Source of the DNA: Candidatus Nomurabacteria bacterium
GTDB taxonomy: Bacteria; Patescibacteriota; Minisyncoccia; Phycocordibacterales; UBA918
Direction of reading: 5' to 3'
DNA: 64,000 nt
Assembly: GCA_020631995.1 (NCBI GenBank)
Contig: JACKGJ010000001.1
Span: 97,753-161,752 of the forward strand
Below are positions 46,887-54,074 of this stretch, piece after piece. Both the position numbers and the translations under genes were made by a program. Position 1 is the stretch's first letter; each line of letters begins with the position of its first letter. A model generated the notes under the pieces. The model did not search any database. It was not told where the DNA came from and saw only the letters and a list, made by a program, of their open reading frames with translations.

Positions 46887-47065
46887 AAATCCTCCAAATG
46901 AGATGAAGTTGTTCACCACAAGAGTACTTCCATTTTTATACTCCTTCCAGTCGTTAAAACTTTGGTCGTTTGCTGGAGGGAGGACTACGCGGAAGACGTA
47001 GAAAGAACTACGGCGACCAAGTAGTCCGACTGAAGCGAAGACAAATTCGCTCATTTGGAGGATTT
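46887..47065 (+). repeat. family 2 rod-like element (long copy) between pilM and pilN
   Basis: Perfect 16-nt arms AAATCCTCCAAATGAG / CTCATTTGGAGGATTT. ATGAAGTTG...GACCAAG...GACTGAAGCGAAGACAAATTCG core. 46-nt block identical to 34886-34931. Overlaps the pilM stop by 2 nt. Confidence 0.65.
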
Positions 47066-48161
47066 ATTGGAACTTGCGGAGCGCGGCGCCTAACGCCACC
47101 CCAAAAGATGGACCAATCTCCTTAAGGGTATCCTCCATAAATGCTGGATAAGCAACCTTGGCAAAGGGATGAGATAACTCTACAGGCCGAGCAAAGCGGT
47201 CTTTAATATATTCCAAAGCGTACGGAGACGCAGAAACGCCACCCGTAATAACGATACGACCAATCTGCTCATTCAAACGAGCTTCGTACTGTCCAATCAA
47301 TCTACCGAATTCAGAAAGTGAAGTTTCAAGAACTGAAGTCATACACTGATGTATGACCGGACCTTGTTCAACATTTCGATCAAAAGAACGTTTCTGATTT
47401 TCTGCGTCTTCAAAATTTATATTTAAACGCTCTGCAACCAATCGTGTTATTTCACGACCACCTTGACCAACACGATGCAGTCGTTCCAGCATACCACCAC
47501 GCACAATGTACAACTTAGAACTCTTCGCACCAATATCAATAACAGCGAGTGTTGTATCCTTCTGTCTCCACAGAGCCCGAATCAAACTAAACGCTTCTAT
47601 TTCCGCCGCTTCTCCTGTCATACCGATTGAAGAAAATAGTTCTCGGTGTTCTGCTAGGGCTTTATTTTCTATAGCAGCGATGAGTACTTCTTTAAAATTA
47701 CTTTTGTTCTCACCCACTGACGGCAGTTCAGACCAATCAAGCGTAACGTCTGTTAGAGGTAGCGGTACATACTTCCGTGCCTCTACTGGAATACGTGTAG
47801 TGATATCTTCTTGTGGACCGATAGCAACTGGAATGACGGTTAAAAAGCTGGAATAGAGAGACATAGCTAAAGCACCGCTGTGTCCCGTGACTCCAGATTC
47901 ACGGATGACGTCTGTCACAGCTTCTACTTTTTTATCTTTCGGCAAATTCACTATCTCGCCTAAAGGTTTAGCATCATAAGGACCGAGCTGTAACTCACCA
48001 TAAGTGCGCAACATTACAGTACGTGGCGTCTCTTCTATCTCCACAACCTTTATAGAAGCGCTACCAATATCAATACCTACAGTAGTTGGACCAGCGTCTT
48101 TCGCCACCTTTTTCACTCCCCCAAAGATTTTTTTAAAAGAAAAGACCATACTTTGTAACAA
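47064..48161 (-). CDS. pilM: type IV pilus assembly protein PilM (actin-like ATPase fold)
   Basis: 365 aa; VGIDIGSASIKVVEIEE phosphate-1 motif, VIDIGAKSSKLYIV, ITGGVS. Confidence 0.85.
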   Translation of the reverse strand: MLQSMVFSFKKIFGGVKKVAKDAGPTTVGIDIGSASIKVVEIEETPRTVMLRTYGELQLGPYDAKPLGEIVNLPKDKKVEAVTDVIRESGVTGHSGALAMSLYSSFLTVIPVAIGPQEDITTRIPVEARKYVPLPLTDVTLDWSELPSVGENKSNFKEVLIAAIENKALAEHRELFSSIGMTGEAAEIEAFSLIRALWRQKDTTLAVIDIGAKSSKLYIVRGGMLERLHRVGQGGREITRLVAERLNINFEDAENQKRSFDRNVEQGPVIHQCMTSVLETSLSEFGRLIGQYEARLNEQIGRIVITGGVSASPYALEYIKDRFARPVELSHPFAKVAYPAFMEDTLKEIGPSFGVALGAALRKFQ

Positions 48162-48228
48162 ATTTAAAAATTAGAGTGCAAAAAATCAAAGTTACAAGTT
48201 AAAATTTAAAAATGACATTATTACTATA

Positions 48229-48849
48229 ATGTTAACACACAAAATGCGGACATTATTTTTAAAATTATGTGAGTATGTTTTTCCTGAGAGAGATGAGCAC
48301 CGCATCGTGCGCAACCTAAGGCCAGACGACCTTTTGCTTCACCTTTGTCCAATTACTCGAGGTGATATAGTTTCGTTATTACCCTTTAATGAGCCTGTCG
48401 TTCGAGCAGTTGTACACGAAGCTAAATTTCAGCATAACGAAAAAGCCTGGGAATTGCTTGGTGAGGTACTAAAGCAGTATTTAAAGCACTGTGGAAAAAA
48501 CACTCTTCTCATACCGATTCCCTTATCAGAAAAGAGACGTCGTGCGCGTAAATATAACCAGGTGGAGGAAATCACTAAGTGTGCACATAAACTTTTGCCA
48601 CACCTGGAAATTAGCACCGACACACTGTTCCGAAAACGAGACACTGTGCCACAAACAACTCTGTCACGCAAAGATAGACTTAAAAACATCACGGGTGCCT
48701 TCGGCGTCCGTGATGTTGCTTCAATAAAAAACCACAATGTCATTGTCATCGATGATGTATCCACCACTGGCGCTACTCTCACTGTTGCTAAACAGGCTTT
48801 AGATAAGCATCACCCTACCTCTATCACACTACTTTCTCTAGCGCGTTAG
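48229..48849 (+). CDS. comF: ComF-family protein (phosphoribosyltransferase fold, ComFC-like)
   Basis: 206 aa; C-terminal PRTase motif VIVIDDVSTTGATL; divergent from pilM. Confidence 0.8.
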   Translation: MLTHKMRTLFLKLCEYVFPERDEHRIVRNLRPDDLLLHLCPITRGDIVSLLPFNEPVVRAVVHEAKFQHNEKAWELLGEVLKQYLKHCGKNTLLIPIPLSEKRRRARKYNQVEEITKCAHKLLPHLEISTDTLFRKRDTVPQTTLSRKDRLKNITGAFGVRDVASIKNHNVIVIDDVSTTGATLTVAKQALDKHHPTSITLLSLAR

Positions 48850-50053
48850 CCAAACGCTTAAGCGCCAACCTAAAAGCTACTATACGCATCGTCACGCCAG
48901 ATTCCTCAGCATTCTTATATATGACATTAGCCTGTGGGATCAGTGTCTCTTTTAATCTTTCCAACACAACTTCCTCACTCCAATGTTCATTCTTTTTGTT
49001 CTGTTCCCACTCCAAAGTCGAAACCACTACTCCTCCAGCATTCGCCAAAATATCCGGCACAACTTTTATTCCCCGTTTTCTTAAAATCTCATCGGCTTCT
49101 GGTGTAGTTGGTCCGTTTGCCAGTTCCAATACCATCTTTGCTTGTACCCGCTCTGCATTTTCTTCGGTTAATTGGTTCTCGAGAGCAGCTGGTATCAATA
49201 CATCCACTGACAATTCCAACAACTCAGCATTAGTGAACATCTGGACGTCTGGAAAACCCTTCAGAGAGCGATGTTCTGCTTTATACTTCTCCACCGCTTC
49301 TGGATCGAGTCCGTCTTCATTATAAATAGCATCCTTCGAGTCCGACATTGCTACCACCTTGTGACCGTGACTCACGAATGTGCGAGCAGCATTTCCTCCC
49401 ACATTACCCATTCCCTGAACCGCTACCGAGACACTTCTTGGAAGATTGAGTTTTTCTTTTAATGCTTCAAATACATAGTACCCACCCTGACCTGTTGCCG
49501 CTCCTCTTCCTTCTGAACCACCCTGATCGACCGGCTTACCGGTGAAAGAAGCACCAGACGTGTCACCGGTCAGTTTTGCATATTCGTCTGACATCCATGA
49601 CATTATTTCTGGCGTGGTGTTCACGTCGGGTGCAGGCACGTCTACCTCAGGACCTAGGTTACGATACAGTGCTCGGACAAATCCCCGTGACAGACGCTCG
49701 AGCTCTCCGGAAGAAAGTATATCCGGATCTACTACCACTCCACCTTTACCTCCCCCCATTGCTATATCAGCCACTGCTGTCTTCATAGTCATCCATAGTG
49801 CCAGTGCACGCACCTCATCTAAGTCAGCCTCTGGATGAAAACGGATTCCGCCCTTATATGGACCACGCAGGCCCGAGTGTTGCACTCGATACCCCTCAAA
49901 GAATCGGGTCGAACCATCATCCATAGTCAATGGTATCGTCACAGTAATCTCCCTCTCTGCTCGTGAGAGTCGATCGATAAGCTCATTCGAAAAATCACCA
50001 CCCTTTGCCGCTAAATGAAGTTGTCTCTGAGCACTTTCAAACGGATTTACCAT
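48824..50053 (-). CDS. gdhA: Glu/Leu/Phe/Val dehydrogenase (glutamate dehydrogenase-like)
   Basis: 409 aa; GPYKGGIRFHP and GGGKGG motifs, Rossmann VAVQGMGNVGG. Confidence 0.9.
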   Translation of the reverse strand: MVNPFESAQRQLHLAAKGGDFSNELIDRLSRAEREITVTIPLTMDDGSTRFFEGYRVQHSGLRGPYKGGIRFHPEADLDEVRALALWMTMKTAVADIAMGGGKGGVVVDPDILSSGELERLSRGFVRALYRNLGPEVDVPAPDVNTTPEIMSWMSDEYAKLTGDTSGASFTGKPVDQGGSEGRGAATGQGGYYVFEALKEKLNLPRSVSVAVQGMGNVGGNAARTFVSHGHKVVAMSDSKDAIYNEDGLDPEAVEKYKAEHRSLKGFPDVQMFTNAELLELSVDVLIPAALENQLTEENAERVQAKMVLELANGPTTPEADEILRKRGIKVVPDILANAGGVVVSTLEWEQNKKNEHWSEEVVLERLKETLIPQANVIYKNAEESGVTMRIVAFRLALKRLANALEKVV

Positions 50054-50216
50054 GAAAATATAATTATTTAAGTATGATTATCATACATCACAGGGTCATA
50101 TTAACGTACAGATGACCTTTTCCGAGTATTATTAAGTTATACACAGTTCTAGTTGGCAAGGCAAAAAAGGCCATTTTCAGTGCTAGACTATTCACATAAC
50201 AGTAATTTATACCGAA

Positions 50217-50471
50217 ATGCCAAAAGCTAATTCAGCGTTTATGAAGCCAATGAACATCAGTCCAGAGTTGGCTGAGGTAGTTGGAAAAGGTCCAATGCCA
50301 CGTTCAGAGGTAGTAAAGGCCATCTGGGTCTACATCAAGAAGCACGATTTACAAAATCCTCAGAATAAACGAAATATCCTCGCTGACGACAAACTAAAGC
50401 CTGTCTTTGGTGGGAAGGACGAGGTAACAATGTTTGAGATGACTAAACTCGTCTCAGCACACCTCTCGTAA
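50217..50471 (+). CDS. SWIB/MDM2 domain protein
   Basis: 84 aa; ISPELAEVVGKGPMPRSEVVKAIWVYIKKHDLQNPQNKRNILADDKLKPVFG matches the SWIB consensus. Confidence 0.8.
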   Translation: MPKANSAFMKPMNISPELAEVVGKGPMPRSEVVKAIWVYIKKHDLQNPQNKRNILADDKLKPVFGGKDEVTMFEMTKLVSAHLS

Positions 50472-50610
50472 TTTATTCCAAAGTTGGCGCAGGGCTTGTT
50501 GTTCCTTCGCTAAAAACCTTGCTGGAGTTTTTCTCCCACTCGGTTTCTAGCTTCAGTCCACAACTTCGCCTTGCATCCAATTTTGAAACAAATTGTAATT
50601 TGAGACAAAG

Positions 50611-50650
50611 TAAAAAGGCGCCGACAGCATATAGCTGTGGCGCCCTTTTG
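50611..50650 (-). terminator. terminator after the 58-aa ORF
   Basis: GGGCGCCACAGCTATATGCTGTCGGCGCCTTTTT on the minus strand. Confidence 0.75.
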
Positions 50651-50659
50651 CTGACTTGG

Positions 50660-50836
50660 TCAGCAAACGTCGATGCGTTTCTGCGGCTCGTCAGAGTGAT
50701 GACACCCTGGCAACCGTCTTGGATGGACCTCTTTTGGATCCAAGTCCCCGTCGGCGACTGCGCGCCAAAGTTCTGAAGGTGGGCCACACTCAGCCACACC
50801 TTCACCATTGCTTCCAAGGTCAGTTTTATCGGCCAT
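50660..50836 (-). CDS. small Cys/His-containing protein (58 aa), G+C-rich
   Basis: Below the track cutoff. Own translation MADKTDLGSNGEGVAECGPPSELWRAVADGDLDPKEVHPRRLPGCHHSDEPQKRIDVC. AAGGAG 7 nt upstream; terminator downstream. The overlapping 132-aa track ORF is in another frame. Confidence 0.5.
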   Translation of the reverse strand: MADKTDLGSNGEGVAECGPPSELWRAVADGDLDPKEVHPRRLPGCHHSDEPQKRIDVC

Positions 50837-51109
50837 TTTTTACTCCTTGTTGTTGATCGTTTCTTGCTCAAAGTACTAAACCCTCTCCTTAAGACAAAGG
50901 GCCAACCCGTTTCCGGATTGGCTCTTTGTTTCTTGGAGTGTTACCACTACACGCGAGCCAACCCGATTCTATTTCCGAGAATCGCCAGAGACACAAAGAA
51001 AAACCAATTTAGTTTCCCAGTATGCCCTGTTGTCGACTTGCCTGCCATAAAGTGAATATAACTCCGTCTCACAGAACAGTCAACCGAGAGTAGTGCCTAG
51101 TGTGGATAA

Positions 51110-51346
51110 TCTAGAATATTACATCCTCCTTGATTCACTGCGTTCATCTGCGGAGGATGTGAGATTCGGTCACTCTTATGGATATTTTGTATTACTTCGC
51201 TCACAAAATATCTCATTCGCTCAACCCCACCTCACTCGCCTCCGGCATCGTTCCGGTTTTCGAATCTCACCGCGAGACACGCAGGTGTCTCGCTCATCCT
51301 CCGCGAATACAAAAAAGTCGCCAAATGGCGCGCTAATTTGTATTCG
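51110..51346 (+). repeat. tRNA-Ser(ACU)-linked composite element
   Basis: 19-nt exact direct repeat GCGGAGGATGTGAGATTCG (51150-51168 vs 51346-51364 in the tRNA). Hairpin GGATATTTTGT/ACAAAATATC. GGCATCGTTCCGGTTTT module. Inverted copy CGAATCTCAC, 25-nt hairpin, ATCCTCCGCGAATACAAA (18-bp perfect with 51337-51354). Confidence 0.7.
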
Positions 51347-51433
51347 CGGAGGATGTGAGATTCGAACTCACGGGCGGTTTTACCCGCCGGCGGTTTAGTA
51401 AACCGCTGGTTTAAACCACTCACCCAATCCTCC
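51347..51433 (-). tRNA. type II tRNA, Ser-like, anticodon reads ACT (unusual)
   Basis: Acceptor GGAGGAT/ATCCTCC, discriminator G, anticodon stem GCGGT/ACCGC with loop TTACTAA, long variable arm GGCGG-GTAAAA-CCGCC, T arm GTGAG-TTCGAAT-CTCAC. Confidence 0.7.
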
Positions 51434-51493
51434 ATTTGTTTATGCAATGTGACTGAGGGAATTTCTCTCATTACTTTCGAGTGAGCGAGCGAA

Positions 51494-51677
51494 ATGGAAA
51501 TTTATTTACATTTCCGAACGAACGCTGAAAGAAAGCTTGCTTACAGAGCAGTACACCTTTTGGATATTTTATTTCACTTTGCTCATAAACTATCTCAAAA
51601 GGTCTTCGAATCCCTCCTTTTCTCGCAGAATATAATCACAAAAAGCTCCGAGCATTCGCTTTTTGTTCTTTATTCTG
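51494..51677 (+). repeat. tRNA-Ser(GCU)-linked composite element
   Basis: GTACACC plus hairpin ACCTTTTGGATATTTTAT/ATAAACTATCTCAAAAGGT. Then TTCGAATCCCTCCTTTTC(t)CGCAGAATA at 51605-51632, a near-perfect reverse complement of tRNA nt 51671-51697. Loop motif AAGCTCCGAGCATTCGCTTT shared with the Met locus. Confidence 0.7.
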
Positions 51678-51764
51678 CGGAAAAGGAGGGATTCGAACCC
51701 TCGAGGGTTTTAACACCCTACCTCCTTAGCAAGGAGGCACATTCGACCACTCTGACACTTTTCC
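51678..51764 (-). tRNA. tRNA-Ser (anticodon GCT)
   Basis: Acceptor GGAAAAG/CTTTTCC, discriminator G, anticodon stem CCTCC/GGAGG with loop TTGCTAA, long variable arm, T arm GAGGG-TTCGAAT-CCCTC. Confidence 0.85.
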
Positions 51765-51879
51765 TTATGCGACATACTACGTTATTTCAGATACCTTTTC
51801 AAATACTTACGCACCGCACCATCTTTTCAAATCTTTCCTAATCTGCGATTATTGAATCAGTACAGCAAGGAGTATCGTC

Positions 51880-52140
51880 ATGACCGAAGTTTTGAAACCT
51901 ATGACCTATGGGTGTATCGTATGCGGACAGAAAAGCACCCGCCTTCTATCCTGCGATAATCCTGACCATCAGGAAATCGTCGCAGAAATGATGGACACGA
52001 ACGCCGGCATTCCAACAATGGCAAGGGAGGAACCGTCCCGGGATGTCGAGGACTGTGAAGTGTATGACTGGATCATGAGTCAGCCCGAGATTCCTACAAA
52101 TCACTTGATGGAAAGTCCTATCGGGATGAATATCAAATGA
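51880..52140 (+). CDS. hypothetical small CxxC protein (86 aa)
   Basis: AAGGAG 8 nt upstream; MTYGCIVCGQKSTRLLSCDNPDH; followed by hairpin GGCCATGC...GCATGGCC. Confidence 0.55.
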   Translation: MTEVLKPMTYGCIVCGQKSTRLLSCDNPDHQEIVAEMMDTNAGIPTMAREEPSRDVEDCEVYDWIMSQPEIPTNHLMESPIGMNIK

Positions 52141-52164
52141 ACACCAGCTCTACAATGAAATAAC

Positions 52165-52200
52165 GGCCATGCCTCCCTCGGGAAGCATGGCCGAAATTTG
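52165..52200 (+). terminator. terminator after the 86-aa ORF
   Basis: GGCCATGC-CTCCCTCGGGAA-GCATGGCC then GAAATTTGTTTT. Confidence 0.6.
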
Positions 52201-52212
52201 TTTTGCACCCAC

Positions 52213-53409
52213 CTACTTAATCACACTCGCCACCGCCTTAACTAATCCTGGAGTCATAACTGATGGAATTATATTGTCTGCACTTGGCTTCTTCACGAGT
52301 GAAGCGATTTTCTTAGCAGCAGCGAGTTTCATTGTGTCAGTAATCGCTTTAACATTGCGGTCCAAGGCTCCGCGAAAGATACCAGGGAAAGCGAGAGAAT
52401 TATTCACTTGATTAGGAAAATCACTGCGTCCAGTAGCAACTACGGCAGCCCCGGCACGCTTAGCGTCATCGGGGTAAATCTCTGGCACTGGATTGGCAAG
52501 CGCAAATACTACCGCCTTATCAGCCATTTTTTCTATATGGTGACGAGTGATTGTGCCTGGACCAGATACACCAATAATGACATCAGCGTCAGTCACTGCC
52601 TCCATTACCTCACCCTTAACGTGTCGGGGGTTGGTAATCTTGGAAAGCTCTTTTTTATACCCTGAAAGTCCTGGTCGCCCGGCCACGATCACACCACTAC
52701 GGTCAGTCACGATGACATCTTCTACTTTCGCTTCATAAAGTAGTTTTGCAATCGCGCATCCTGCGGCCCCCGCACCCACAATCACCACCTTCATATCCTC
52801 CATCTGCTTCCCTACTACTTTCGCAGCATTGATGAGTCCAGCTAGCACTACGATTGCTGTGCCGTGTTGATCATCATGCATCACTGGAATTTCGAGCTCT
52901 GCCTTCAGTCGCTCTTCAATAATAAAACACTGTGGAGCAGCAATATCCTCAAGATTGATTCCACCAAAAGTCGGTGCAATGGCTTTAACTACCTTAATTA
53001 TTTCTTCTGAGTCGTGTACATCAAGCACAATCGGAAAAGCGTCTACATTCGCCATCGCCTTAAAAATTGCACACTTACCTTCCATTACCGGCAAGGCTCC
53101 CAAAGGACCGAGATTACCAAGCCCCAAGACCGCAGTACCGTCTGATACTACTGCCACCGTGTTGCGCTTAATAGTATAGTCACGGGCTTCTTTTGGTTTC
53201 TTAGCTAAGTGCGAAGAAACCGCGCCAACACCTGGTGTATAGAGAGTACTCCAGTCATCTTTGGTCTTTAACTCCACCTTACTCACTACCTCAAGTTTAC
53301 CTTTTAACTTTTTATGCAGGGATAGAGCTAATTTGTTGTAGTCTTTTTTACTAGACACTTTTCTAACTGGTGTTTTTTTCTTCATAATAACCGTAACAGT
53401 ATACGCCAT
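52213..53409 (-). CDS. NAD(P)-dependent malic enzyme
   Basis: 398 aa; YTPGVGAVS, VVSDGTAVLGLGNLGPLGALPVMEGKCAIFK, GAGAAG Rossmann motifs; exact start uncertain (53409 or 53385). Confidence 0.9.
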   Translation of the reverse strand: MAYTVTVIMKKKTPVRKVSSKKDYNKLALSLHKKLKGKLEVVSKVELKTKDDWSTLYTPGVGAVSSHLAKKPKEARDYTIKRNTVAVVSDGTAVLGLGNLGPLGALPVMEGKCAIFKAMANVDAFPIVLDVHDSEEIIKVVKAIAPTFGGINLEDIAAPQCFIIEERLKAELEIPVMHDDQHGTAIVVLAGLINAAKVVGKQMEDMKVVIVGAGAAGCAIAKLLYEAKVEDVIVTDRSGVIVAGRPGLSGYKKELSKITNPRHVKGEVMEAVTDADVIIGVSGPGTITRHHIEKMADKAVVFALANPVPEIYPDDAKRAGAAVVATGRSDFPNQVNNSLAFPGIFRGALDRNVKAITDTMKLAAAKKIASLVKKPSADNIIPSVMTPGLVKAVASVIK

Positions 53410-53420
53410 TGATGCAATTT

Positions 53421-53458
53421 ACAAAAAGAAAAGGCGGGTGCGCATTGCACCCGCCCTT
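53421..53458 (-). terminator. terminator after the tandem cold-shock-domain gene
   Basis: AAGGGCGGGTGCAATGCGCACCCGCCTTTTCTTTTTG on the minus strand. Confidence 0.8.
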
Positions 53459-53466
53459 GTCCAACA

Positions 53467-53958
53467 TCAGTGGACTGACGCACTTTCCCTGTCGCTAACA
53501 GGCTTGCGTCGAGGTCTCCCGACCTGCTTCGTAACAACCTTCGGCAACCGAACTTCGGTTGCCGAGTAGCGGTTATCGGCGTCGACGGCGACCAAGACCT
53601 CGACTTCCATATCCGCCTCGGGAGTGATACCCACACGTTTGGCAGGAATCACGTGCAAGAAGACATCCTTCTTCAATTCAGCGCAGACCACAAAACCATA
53701 ACCCTTGTCGTCATTAAAGAACTTCACAGCGCCGCGATACCATGGAAAAGTGATTGTCGTTGCAGTTAATCCGCGATTTTCGCGTTGGTACGAAACCATC
53801 ACCATCGCACCTTCTTTCAACTGTGACTCATACTTTTGGCCAACTTCCTTCCCGATATAGATGTCACCTTTATTGGTAACAATAAAACCGAAGCCGTTCT
53901 TTTTGCTAAAAAACTTCACGGTTCCGGCGATCTCGCCTGATTCACACTTCACCAACAT
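53467..53958 (-). CDS. tandem cold-shock-domain protein
   Basis: Two CSD cores: GTVKFFSKKNGFGFIV and GAVKFFNDDKGYGFVV; basic C-terminal tail. Confidence 0.8.
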   Translation of the reverse strand: MLVKCESGEIAGTVKFFSKKNGFGFIVTNKGDIYIGKEVGQKYESQLKEGAMVMVSYQRENRGLTATTITFPWYRGAVKFFNDDKGYGFVVCAELKKDVFLHVIPAKRVGITPEADMEVEVLVAVDADNRYSATEVRLPKVVTKQVGRPRRKPVSDRESASVH

Positions 53959-54074
53959 GCAGATTCTCCCTTGGATAAACTATGACGAGGCACAAGAGCC
54001 GAAGCTCGGTGCTTACTATTCCATATTTAATTATGTTTGTCAATATCATTTCGCATTGTTATTATTAGGCTCAT

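Noticed and set aside
50473-50871. 132-aa minus-strand ORF
   Set aside because: It reads through a strong terminator hairpin and has no SD. The 58-aa ORF in another frame has AAGGAG and ends just before the terminator, so I preferred that one.
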